Below are positions 1 through 8,221 of a DNA stretch of 64,000 nucleotides, piece by piece (the stretch's first letter is position 1; every line of letters begins with the position of its first letter). The notes beneath the pieces were generated by a model. It did no database searches and was not told the origin of the DNA. It saw only the letters and a list, made by a program, of their open reading frames with translations. The translations under genes and the position numbers were made by a program. Origin of the DNA: Pyrinomonadaceae bacterium (GTDB taxonomy: Bacteria > Acidobacteriota > Blastocatellia > Pyrinomonadales > Pyrinomonadaceae); contig DASYKT010000009.1 in NCBI GenBank assembly GCA_035995185.1, positions 28,174 through 92,173 on the forward strand. Reading direction: 5' to 3'.

Positions 1-1422
1 ACGGAAAAAGTTGAGTTCTACCGTCTGAAAGGTCAAAACACCCGCGGCCAGAAAAACCAAAACCACGCCCAGTATCCTTCCGCCCGTTTTTTTGCCGGTC
101 ACCAGATCGTTGATGGCATATCCGGCGATGATACACATCGGCAAAACAAAACTGAGCGCCAGCCAGGGGGTTTTGTACGGTATCAAGGTATAGGCGATCA
201 TCAGCCCCCATGCCCACAGCGCGGTGAACATGGCAAAGCGATGCTGCGCCTTCCAAAAAGCGACGAGGCTGCCGAATAATCCGAGCAAAAATATCGGCGC
301 TTCGATCAGGCCCATCCATTTGAAATAGGCAAAGATCCCATTTTCGGAATGCTCTTTAGTGCCGGTCTTGGTCCAGAAATAATAAGCTTCCAGCGACCGC
401 GGGATCCCTTCGGCATAAGTAAAGAAGGAAGAAAAGAAAAGTATCCAGAGATAGATAAAAAGTGTCACGGCAGCCGCTATCAGCAAAAGCGCATCGGCGC
501 TATTTCCGAAACTCGCCATGAATGTTCCGGGCGTCAGGACCGCGGGTTCTTCCCAGGTCCGTTCCAGCCTGGCGCGGTCAACGAATAAATTGCGATAGAT
601 CCAGATGCAGAAAATGGCGATCGCCATTGTGCCGAGCGAAATAAACGCGGTTTCCTTGGTGGCGAACATCAATGCCGCGCTGGCGGCGGCCAGGAGCAGG
701 TAGATCGGTCTTCCGTCCCGCCAGCGGCTTAGGGCCAGCATCAGGAAAAAGACGATCACCGCTTCCAGCAAAAAGAACCCGCTTCTGATCGCGGCGCCCA
801 CAGCATTTTCCTGTGCGCCGATCAAACGGGGCAAAAGTATCGGGATCGGCATCAGACAAACCAGCAGCACCAGCGCCGTCAGAACGTGCGCCCCGATGCC
901 GGCCGTGCGTTTTTCCATAAAATACATCACGCCCAGCACCATCGCGAAGGTGAAAAAAACGAACAGTATTTCGTGGATAAAATAGCGCGAAACAAAGACC
1001 ATTCCCGGCGATAGCGCCAGAAAAAGCGCAGCCGACAGCGCGCCCACCCGCCCGATATAACGATGCAGCAGAAAAGCGAGGACCACGATGCCTACCCCGA
1101 AGATCACCACGCTATAACGAATGGCAAAGGTTTCCAGCCCGAGGATCTTGGTAAAGGCCAGCGCGATGAAATAAAGCGTCGGGCCGTGATAATTACCGGG
1201 GTCGTATTTATAGACGCCTTCGCGAAAAAGGGTGGTGAGAAAAAAGCCGTTCACGCCCTCGTCGTGATGCAGGGGCTTAAGGTCGATCCAATACACGCGC
1301 AAAAAGATCGCTATGGCCGTGATCAATAAACAGCCCGCCCACCAAAACTTATCCGGCAATTCAACGCTTTTTACTTCCGGCTGCTCAGCGGCATTTTCCT
1401 GTTTTTTAGCATCTGCTTTCAT
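1..1422 (-). CDS. GT-C-fold polytopic membrane glycosyltransferase-like protein (ArnT/PMT-like; resembles TIGR03663 family); C-terminus cut by window edge
   Basis: Not in the ORF track because there is no stop in the window. Hand translation of the minus strand from ATG (comp. 1420-1422) gives MKADAKKQENAAEQPEVKSVELPDKFWWAGCLLITAIAIFLRVYWIDLKPLHHDEGVNGFFLTTLF... It stays open to base 1 in every segment I checked codon by codon. It has many hydrophobic spans and an acidic HHDEG loop after TM1, as in GT-C enzymes. Confidence 0.6.
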   Translation of the reverse strand, partial: MKADAKKQENAAEQPEVKSVELPDKFWWAGCLLITAIAIFLRVYWIDLKPLHHDEGVNGFFLTTLFREGVYKYDPGNYHGPTLYFIALAFTKILGLETFAIRYSVVIFGVGIVVLAFLLHRYIGRVGALSAALFLALSPGMVFVSRYFIHEILFVFFTFAMVLGVMYFMEKRTAGIGAHVLTALVLLVCLMPIPILLPRLIGAQENAVGAAIRSGFFLLEAVIVFFLMLALSRWRDGRPIYLLLAAASAALMFATKETAFISLGTMAIAIFCIWIYRNLFVDRARLERTWEEPAVLTPGTFMASFGNSADALLLIAAAVTLFIYLWILFFSSFFTYAEGIPRSLEAYYFWTKTGTKEHSENGIFAYFKWMGLIEAPIFLLGLFGSLVAFWKAQHRFAMFTALWAWGLMIAYTLIPYKTPWLALSFVLPMCIIAGYAINDLVTGKKTGGRILGVVLVFLAAGVLTFQTVELNFFR

Positions 1423-1434
1423 TATCTTATTAGC

Positions 1435-1577
1435 TTTGCCTATAAGGTCGGTTTCTCATTAAATTGTAAAGCCCGCACGGTTCCTTATTAGCCACTAATT
1501 ACACTAATAACACTAATTAAAATCTTTATTCGTGTTATTCTGACATTCGTGGCGTAATCCGTAACTTTATAGGCAAA
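1435..1577. repeat. family A palindromic element, composite copy (A1)
   Basis: The outer repeat is TTTGCCTATAAGGTCG ... CGTAACTTTATAGGCAAA. The inner hairpin at 1491-1553 reads GCCACTAATTACACTAATAACACTAATTAAAATCTTTATTCGTGTTATTCTGACATTCGTGGC. Confidence 0.8.
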
Positions 1578-1580
1578 AGC

Positions 1581-3569
1581 CTATTTTATTTTATATACGC
1601 GATACTGCCCTTCTTCTGCAACCACCGGGAAACGTGTAAAAAAATCCTCCCGGGCTTTTAGTTCATTGCGCTCGTCGGGCCCTATTAAAACATACTCAAT
1701 ATTGTATTTACGAAGCAAGGTTTCCGCCACCGGCGAAGCGGAATAGATCCTTTTAACATCGCTTTCGCGATCCACATAATCGATCCCGTGCGAAGCGAGA
1801 TGGCCGCTATAGCGCATTAGCGAGCGCCTGCCGCTCAGATCGATCGGACTGTTAAATACCGGTGCGTTCAAAAAGAGCGCGCGCGGCGCGGTGATCTTCT
1901 TGATATCTTCCGCCAGTCTTACCATATCCAGATCGGCGACACGGTAGAATTGCGCACCCGAAGCCGCCCGCCAGACATCCAGCGCGCCGGCAAATACCAG
2001 GACCGCGAACGCCGCCGCCGCCAGCACCCTCGGCCATTTGCCCATTTCCCAAACCCTGGCCAATAAAAGCGCCACCAGCGGAAGCGAGCCGACAAACCAG
2101 TAAATGAGAACCTTGATATTGTCCCACTCCCACGGCGCCAGCTTCGCCACATTGGAAATAATAAAACACAGCCCGAAAGGAATATAGAACAACAGCATCT
2201 TTCTTGCTTCGGCATGCGGAATGAACGGTTTGCCTTTTTTGCGGTAAAGATCGAGCAGTATCAAAATGATGGCGGCCAATAAAAGCGGAATAAAAATTCC
2301 CGTGTTAAAGATCCAGAACACGAAGATATTCATCCTGCCGCTGTCCCAGCCAAAATGCCAGGCGATAAATTCTTTGGGCCGCGTGGCGCTGCCGCTCATC
2401 GCCCACAAAAGCTCCGGCGCGGCTATCAGCCCCGCCCCTACAAAGAAGGCCAGCCATTGCTTCCATTTTTTCAGGGTCAGAACGGCAGCGAACCCCGCCA
2501 CCATTAAGACCACCAGCAATGAATGGGCATGGATCAAAGGCAGAAAACCCGCGATCATCCCAACAATAAAGGCCGCAAAGATCGCCCGGTTTTTATTTTC
2601 CCCCTCACCTTTACTGCCGCTTTCATCATCGAAAACATGCCAAAGATACGTCAAAACGATCAGCGCCAGCGGCATGCCAAAAAGAAAACTCCGCTGGGTG
2701 ATGAACAGCGTTATTAACGGATTTCCCCAGCGCAGGCTGAACGGCATTCCGGCCGCGACCCCTTCGGAAAAACGCATCGTGTAATCATTGGGCAGGTGCC
2801 AGAGAAAAGTTATCAGGTTTTCTGAGCCGATAAAAAAGTCTTTAAAGAACAGGAGAAATCCCAACCCGCCGGCAAACATCAAAAGCATCGCCGCTATCTT
2901 GCCCGCCAACTTGCTGCGGGTAATTCTGAAGGCAAAATTTTCCAGCAGCACAAAAAGCGAAAATCCCAGCAGCACGTCCTGCCAGATCATTGCCCGGCGC
3001 ACGCTCGCCCCCAGCGTCACCAGCGCCGCCGTTACCAAGTCGGCCATAAAGGGATAAGTGAATTTTGCCCCAGCATACGATGGATTTTCCGGCGGGAAAT
3101 TTTGGCCTTCGGTAAAACTGAAAATAGCGCCCAGATGAAAATGCAGGTCCCCCAGATTGTGCGCCACGCCGGTATAGATACCGTCTTTTGCTTCGATCAT
3201 CGCCCGGTCAAAAAAGAAATAAAGCAAAATAAAAAGGCCGAAATAATACAACAGATTTATTATCTTGCTATTGGTCGTACCCTGCCATTTCCCCTCGGCC
3301 TTGCGCCAATCGCGCAGCACATTTTTCCGGACATCATTTTTAATCAGTAAAAATAGCGGAAGCAAAGTGAGCAAAAGAGAAACCAATACCACCCAAACCG
3401 AAAGGTAGTAAAAACAGGCGAGAATAAAAACTGCCAGGCTAAAAATAGCCGAACCGATCACATTTCCGGCGCACAGACGCAGCAGCAAAGAGTCTTCCTT
3501 CTCATAAAGATAGGTAAACAGCATTCCGCCGATGGTTATCAATGACAAAATTAATAATGAGATGAACAT
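1581..3569 (-). CDS. large polytopic membrane protein with soluble C-terminal domain (possible GT-C/GT39-like glycosyltransferase)
   Basis: 662-aa ORF with more than 12 hydrophobic spans followed by a ~130-aa soluble tail. It is tandem with another GT-C-like gene. I recognise no diagnostic motif with certainty. Confidence 0.5.
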   Translation of the reverse strand: MFISLLILSLITIGGMLFTYLYEKEDSLLLRLCAGNVIGSAIFSLAVFILACFYYLSVWVVLVSLLLTLLPLFLLIKNDVRKNVLRDWRKAEGKWQGTTNSKIINLLYYFGLFILLYFFFDRAMIEAKDGIYTGVAHNLGDLHFHLGAIFSFTEGQNFPPENPSYAGAKFTYPFMADLVTAALVTLGASVRRAMIWQDVLLGFSLFVLLENFAFRITRSKLAGKIAAMLLMFAGGLGFLLFFKDFFIGSENLITFLWHLPNDYTMRFSEGVAAGMPFSLRWGNPLITLFITQRSFLFGMPLALIVLTYLWHVFDDESGSKGEGENKNRAIFAAFIVGMIAGFLPLIHAHSLLVVLMVAGFAAVLTLKKWKQWLAFFVGAGLIAAPELLWAMSGSATRPKEFIAWHFGWDSGRMNIFVFWIFNTGIFIPLLLAAIILILLDLYRKKGKPFIPHAEARKMLLFYIPFGLCFIISNVAKLAPWEWDNIKVLIYWFVGSLPLVALLLARVWEMGKWPRVLAAAAFAVLVFAGALDVWRAASGAQFYRVADLDMVRLAEDIKKITAPRALFLNAPVFNSPIDLSGRRSLMRYSGHLASHGIDYVDRESDVKRIYSASPVAETLLRKYNIEYVLIGPDERNELKAREDFFTRFPVVAEEGQYRVYKIK

Positions 3570-3574
3570 TTAGT

Positions 3575-3994
3575 TCAATAAGCTCCTCGCCAATTAACTA
3601 ATTCTATTTCCGCGCTTTCAACCTTATCGTCCGGGCCGAATGTCAGTTTCAGGTTTTCCACCGTCGTCGGATCGGGGCCGCGCTCGCCCATTCCAAAAAA
3701 AGCCAATTCGTATTTTACATATGGATCAGGAAAGTCCCGGGCCTTTTCCCATCCCAGCATATCGCGGATCTCTCCCCGAGTCTTTCCCGGCAGCACCTTG
3801 CGCTCTATCAAATCCCGCGCCATGCCCAGACGCCCTTTTGACATTTCGAGGAGGTTTTTCTCTCCCTTCCATACCTTTTCGTCAAACGGTATCGAAGACA
3901 CAAAATTTCGTTGTACGCCTGTAGCGGTAAGACATCCTGAGAAAGCCGTTAAAAGAACGGGGGCGAGAATTATCCTGGCTAAGATCATTGACAT
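3575..3994 (-). CDS. lipoprotein, unknown function
   Basis: 139-aa ORF with a signal peptide and lipobox (LTAFSG-C). It lies 6 nt upstream of the next minus-strand gene. Confidence 0.55.
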   Translation of the reverse strand: MSMILARIILAPVLLTAFSGCLTATGVQRNFVSSIPFDEKVWKGEKNLLEMSKGRLGMARDLIERKVLPGKTRGEIRDMLGWEKARDFPDPYVKYELAFFGMGERGPDPTTVENLKLTFGPDDKVESAEIELVNWRGAY

Positions 3995-4103
3995 TTTTTC
4001 TAAGGAAAATTAAGCCACAACTTGCCGATTTCTCAAAACTCGCGATCAAAGCTACAATAACTGTTTTGCATTTATTATTAAGAATTCAGGATTTTAAATA
4101 GAT

Positions 4104-5207
4104 ATGTTACAAGCTGGAATTGTCGGATTGCCGAATGTGGGAAAATCCACGCTCTTTAACGCGCTGACGGCGCAGGAAGCCGCCTTGGCCGCGAATTACC
4201 CTTTTGCCACCATCGAACCGAACGTCGGGGTGGTCGCCGTGCCGGACGAACGCCTGCCCGTACTGGAGAAGATGAATAAGGCGCAAAAGGTTATTCCCGC
4301 GACCGTGGAATTCGTCGATATCGCGGGTCTGGTGCGCGGCGCTTCGAAGGGCGAGGGCTTGGGCAACCAGTTTTTGGCGAACATCCGCGAGACCGACGCC
4401 GTCATCCAGGTCGTGCGCTGCTTTGAAGACGAAAATATCATCCACGTCGAAGGCTCGGTCAATCCGGTGCGCGATATCGAGACCATCCAGATCGAACTCG
4501 CGCTGGCCGATCTTGCTTCCTGCGAAAAACGTAAAGACAAAGCCCAGCGGGCAGCAAAATCAGGCGGCGATAAGGCGGCTAAAGCTGAGCTTGAAATATT
4601 GGACAAGATCCTTCCCGTATTAGAAGAAGGACGTCCGGCGCGTGCCGCTGATCTGACGGACGATGAAAAAGCGATCGTAAAAGGCTGGTTCCTGCTTTCT
4701 ACCAAGCCGACCATTTACGCGGCGAATGTAGACGAAGCCACGCTCGCCGATCCGGATTCGAACCCGCACGTAAAAACCGTCAAAGAACATGCAGCTTCGG
4801 AAAACGCCGAAACTGTCGTTATCTGCGCCAAGCTCGAGGCCGAACTGGTGGCGCTGGAAGAAGAAGAGCGGCTGGAATTTTTGAAAGACGTCGGCGTGAC
4901 TTCGAGCGGGGTCGATAAGCTGATCAAATCCGCTTACAAGATGCTGGGCCTGATGTCTTTCCTGACCGCCGGCGAAAAAGAAGTGCGCGCCTGGACGATC
5001 CCCATCGGCACCAAGGCGCCGCAGGCTGCGGGAGAAATTCACTCCGATATTGAAAGAGGCTTTATCCGAGCCGAGATCGTTGGCTATGACGATCTTATTC
5101 GGGCCGGTTCAACCAATGCCGCCAAGGAACAGGGCCTGACCCGCGTCGAGGGAAAAGAATACATAATGCAGGAAGGCGACATCGTAAATTTCCGCTTTAA
5201 TGTGTAA
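4104..5207 (+). CDS. ychF: ribosome-binding ATPase YchF
   Basis: The N-terminus GIVGLPNVGKSTLFNALT is a P-loop. The length (367 aa) and the C-terminal TGS-like end (EGKEYIMQEGDIVNFRFNV) are typical of YchF/OLA1. Confidence 0.95.
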   Translation: MLQAGIVGLPNVGKSTLFNALTAQEAALAANYPFATIEPNVGVVAVPDERLPVLEKMNKAQKVIPATVEFVDIAGLVRGASKGEGLGNQFLANIRETDAVIQVVRCFEDENIIHVEGSVNPVRDIETIQIELALADLASCEKRKDKAQRAAKSGGDKAAKAELEILDKILPVLEEGRPARAADLTDDEKAIVKGWFLLSTKPTIYAANVDEATLADPDSNPHVKTVKEHAASENAETVVICAKLEAELVALEEEERLEFLKDVGVTSSGVDKLIKSAYKMLGLMSFLTAGEKEVRAWTIPIGTKAPQAAGEIHSDIERGFIRAEIVGYDDLIRAGSTNAAKEQGLTRVEGKEYIMQEGDIVNFRFNV

Positions 5208-5216
5208 ACATGGAGC

Positions 5217-5233
5217 GCGGGCATCCTGCCCGC
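5217..5233 (+). terminator. GC hairpin GCGGGCATCCTGCCCGC just after the ychF stop
   Basis: Perfect 6-bp stem with a 5-nt loop, 10 nt after the ychF stop. There is no clear T-tract. A similar motif (GTGGGCTTCTGCCCGC) follows the cheA-like gene at 63575-63590. Confidence 0.35.
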
Positions 5234-5254
5234 AAGTACGGCTTGCCGTGCTAT

Positions 5255-5326
5255 GTCAGTAGCGCTTGCGTCAGCAAGTGCGTTGCTTGCGGCTTTTACG
5301 CATCTGCTAACGCAGACGCTACTGAC
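5255..5326. repeat. 72-nt imperfect palindrome (GTCAGTAGCGCTTGCGTCAGCAAGTGCG ... CGCATCTGCTAACGCAGACGCTACTGAC)
   Basis: The inverted arms of about 28 nt were read directly. It lies in the ychF 3' intergenic region. Confidence 0.6.
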
Positions 5327-5386
5327 AGCGCTGCTTGGTTCTGACTCCATTTTCAAACAACTTGTGGTAAAATCCTGCTGTTAAAA

Positions 5387-5806
5387 ATGAGATCGCTTTC
5401 CGTTCAAAAATTGCTCGCTCTTTCGCTCATCGTATTCCTGAGTGGAACTTGCTGCCTGCTTTGCTGTGACCTGACAAAGGTTGCCGCGGCTTTCGGAACG
5501 GCGGAAAGCTGCCCCTTGAGCAAATCGCATCATTGCCCGCGCTCCGCCAAACAGGAAGTATCGACAGCGGGCGCTTTTACTTCCAGCGTGGAGCAGACGA
5601 GAACTTTTTGCCCGTTCATTTCAAAACGCGGCGACGCGGTACAAAACGTAAAGGGCGACCTCAAATTCACCGCCGTCTCTGTGGTAAAGATCGCTGCACC
5701 GCCGGTGCTTTTCGTCGAACCGGCCTTTACCGCTGACAGGGCCTCTAACTCATTTATCCGCGACCGCGGCGGCACCTACCTGACAAATTGTGCTTTTCGA
5801 ATTTAG
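5387..5806 (+). CDS. Cys-rich exported/membrane-anchored hypothetical protein
   Basis: 139-aa ORF with a hydrophobic N-terminus containing CCLLCC, followed by ESCPLSKSHHCP. It is co-oriented with the Cys-rich gene downstream. Confidence 0.45.
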   Translation: MRSLSVQKLLALSLIVFLSGTCCLLCCDLTKVAAAFGTAESCPLSKSHHCPRSAKQEVSTAGAFTSSVEQTRTFCPFISKRGDAVQNVKGDLKFTAVSVVKIAAPPVLFVEPAFTADRASNSFIRDRGGTYLTNCAFRI

Positions 5807-5867
5807 AAAGATGTTAGGCGCTAAATTAACCATCGCTAATAACTTTCTAAATTAAGGAGAAAATGCA

Positions 5868-6254
5868 ATGAAAAAACTTACATTTCTTTTTACGGCATTA
5901 CTCGTTCTCGGGCTCGTGATCGGAGCTTTTGCTCTGAGCGGCAGCAGCGCTGTCGTTACAAAAGCGGACTGCTGCTGTAAAGATTCTTGTCCGATGAAGA
6001 GCAAGGACAAGTCTGCCGATACAGATAAGCATTCGTGCTGCTGTGACGGAGGCTCTTGCTGCAAGGACGGGGCATGCCCGATGAAAGGTAAAGATGCTTC
6101 AGGCAGTGAACACGCTTCCGGCGAATGTTCCTGCTGCGGCGATTCCTGCCCGATGAAGTCGAAAGATAAAACGGCTTCGTCAAATAAAGGGGATAAAAAG
6201 GATTGCTGCGAAGGCAAGGAGTCTTGTCCGATGAAAAAGAAGGAAAACGGCTAA
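5868..6254 (+). CDS. secreted Cys/Met/Lys-rich repeat protein (metallothionein-like)
   Basis: AAGGAG RBS 7 nt upstream and a signal peptide MKKLTFLFTALLVLGLVIGAFA. It has four repeats ending [SA]CPMK-x-KD (CCCKDSCPMKSKDK, SCCKDGACPMKGKD, CSCCGDSCPMKSKDK, CCEGKESCPMKKKE). There are 17 Cys in about 95 mature residues. Confidence 0.6.
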   Translation: MKKLTFLFTALLVLGLVIGAFALSGSSAVVTKADCCCKDSCPMKSKDKSADTDKHSCCCDGGSCCKDGACPMKGKDASGSEHASGECSCCGDSCPMKSKDKTASSNKGDKKDCCEGKESCPMKKKENG

Positions 6255-6276
6255 TGACATGTTAGTGTTTTAGCCG

Positions 6277-6312
6277 AAAAGGCATGGTGCGTGAGTACCA
6301 TGCCCTTTTTTA
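6277..6312 (+). terminator. rho-independent terminator of the Cys-rich gene
   Basis: AAAAGGCATGGT-gcgtgagt-ACCATGCC followed by CTTTTTTTATT. Confidence 0.75.
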
Positions 6313-6345
6313 TTCCCGTGAAGGCAGAGTGGATAGTCTAAAGGG

Positions 6346-6488
6346 CTTTGCCTGTAAAGTCGGTTTTCTCATTAAAATTGTAAGCCAACCCGGTTCTTTA
6401 TTAGCCACTAATTACACAAATAACACGAATTAAAATTCTTCATTAGTGTTATTTGTGTAATTAGTGGCTGTATCCGTTACTTAAGCAG
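6346..6488. repeat. family A palindromic element, composite copy (A2)
   Basis: The inner hairpin at 6404-6468 reads GCCACTAATTACACAAATAACACGAATTAAAATTCTTCATTAGTGTTATTTGTGTAATTAGTGGC. The left flank CTTTGCCTGTAAAGTCGG matches the outer repeat of copies A1, A3 and B1. Confidence 0.8.
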
Positions 6489-6568
6489 CGGCAGCGAAGA
6501 AGACGCCTGACTTATTCCGCCGATTGCGATAACATATATCTATCGCTTTTTTGGGAGATTTTGACGAG

Positions 6569-6808
6569 ATGACCGATAAAACAACGACTGCCGGTGCAAC
6601 GGACGAAAATACCGCGGGACAGATCAGCGGCCTGACTCCGGACGACGAGCGCGAGATGGAGCTTTTTCTTTCCAACAGCGGTAAATACTGCGAAAAAGTT
6701 TACGGCGGCAAGACGTTCGGCGATGAAGAGATCTTCGAATTGCGAAAAGAGATCAAAGAATCTAATGAAGCGATCCGGAAGATACGAAAAGATTGGGAGC
6801 AGTCATAA
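6569..6808 (+). CDS. small acidic hypothetical protein
   Basis: ORF taken from the first ATG (MTDKTTTAGATDE...). No recognisable motif. Confidence 0.35.
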   Translation: MTDKTTTAGATDENTAGQISGLTPDDEREMELFLSNSGKYCEKVYGGKTFGDEEIFELRKEIKESNEAIRKIRKDWEQS

Positions 6809-6886
6809 CGCTTTCGGATAACAGTTCAAATTGATCTTTTAAAGGCCTTAATGTTCTAAGGTCTTTAATTTTTTTCAGATATCTTA

Positions 6887-8221
6887 ATGAATGCGCCGCA
6901 AGAAAAATTAACCATCGTGGTCGAAGGTATCGGCGATGTCGTCCAGCGCAATTATGCGCCGGCGCTAAAGCTGGAAAAAGAGCGTTACGGCGATCGGCTT
7001 TCGGTGATCTTTGTCGATTTCGGAAAAGACCGCACGCCGGAGGCGGGCCGGCGTTACCAGAAATTCATCGACGCGCTCGCGGGTTGGGCCACCTATATCA
7101 ATAAAGCCACGCCCGAAGGTGAAAAAATTTACCGCACGCTGCAGCCCGACGTGGTTTTCCTCGCAACGCCGGACAGAACCCACGTCGAACTCGCGCTGCA
7201 ATGGATCGACGGCGAAAACGATTGCCGGCATCTCTTTATCGAAAAGCCGTTGGATTCAGATCTTGACCGAGGCCGCGCGCTGGCGCTTTATGTGGAAAAT
7301 AATCCGGTGGACGTCCATGCGCTGGATCACTACCTGGCCCGTTTTATTCCGGTCAGTTTTCCTTCTTCGATGAAAACCATTCTGACCGAACTGGGCGGGT
7401 CGATAAAACATCTGAAATTCTACCTGTTGGAAGATCACAGTGTTCCTTTTATGGGGCCGATCGAAAAAGAAGGCCGCAGCAGTTCACTGCAGCACGGGCT
7501 GATACTCGATCTGTTTCCGCACGCGCTGGCTATCCTGGGTTACTTCGGTTCGGTGTCTACGGTGGCGGTCACCGGACTAAAGGTCGGACGCTACGCTTAC
7601 GAAGACGAGAAGGGCACGGTCAAAGAGGCGTCCATCCCGCGTGAAACCTTTGGCCATATCTCTTTCAATTTTACGGGACGCGCCGGGCGCACCATCACTG
7701 CCGATGCTTATGTGGGCAAAGGAATTTCCGGCTCGAGCGGATCGGGCATGACGGGCGGCGACGTTAAGCTGCTCGAACTCACCGGCAAGAACGGCAAAAA
7801 GTGCGTCTTCGACCTGCGTAACACCAGCAAAGGCGGCAAAGGCACGATCACCGTGGTGAACCGCGACGGCTCGTCAGAGATCATTAACGAACTGCTCGAC
7901 GAACCTTACGCCGTGCTGATAAACCGCACCGTCGAAAAGTACCTGAAAAACCCGGACAAGGACCTGCGATTCGCGCTCACGGTCGGCCAGGCGAAAAACA
8001 TTCTGACCTGCATCGAAGAAATAATGTCGCTCGTTTCGCTTTTTGAAAAAACCGGCACTGCCATGCCGACTTACCGGATCAAGACCGTGACCACCAGCGA
8101 AAAAGGCGGCCAGGAGCCGCGCAGCGTGGCACCCAGCCTGGAAGAGATCGTCTCGGAATTAAAAGATATCCGGGAATATGTCAGCATAGATAAATTGCTC
8201 AGCTCTTATGCCAGCTCGTAG
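6887..8221 (+). CDS. NAD(P)-dependent oxidoreductase, Gfo/Idh/MocA-like or divergent glucose-6-phosphate dehydrogenase-like
   Basis: The N-terminus VVEGIGDVVQRNYAPALKLEK, then FLATPDRTHVELA...HLFIEKPLD, then ALDHYLARF echo the G6PD/GFO motifs (GxxGDLAxRKxxPAL, EKP, DHYLGK). The stop overlaps the pgl start by 14 nt. Confidence 0.5.
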   Translation: MNAPQEKLTIVVEGIGDVVQRNYAPALKLEKERYGDRLSVIFVDFGKDRTPEAGRRYQKFIDALAGWATYINKATPEGEKIYRTLQPDVVFLATPDRTHVELALQWIDGENDCRHLFIEKPLDSDLDRGRALALYVENNPVDVHALDHYLARFIPVSFPSSMKTILTELGGSIKHLKFYLLEDHSVPFMGPIEKEGRSSSLQHGLILDLFPHALAILGYFGSVSTVAVTGLKVGRYAYEDEKGTVKEASIPRETFGHISFNFTGRAGRTITADAYVGKGISGSSGSGMTGGDVKLLELTGKNGKKCVFDLRNTSKGGKGTITVVNRDGSSEIINELLDEPYAVLINRTVEKYLKNPDKDLRFALTVGQAKNILTCIEEIMSLVSLFEKTGTAMPTYRIKTVTTSEKGGQEPRSVAPSLEEIVSELKDIREYVSIDKLLSSYASS

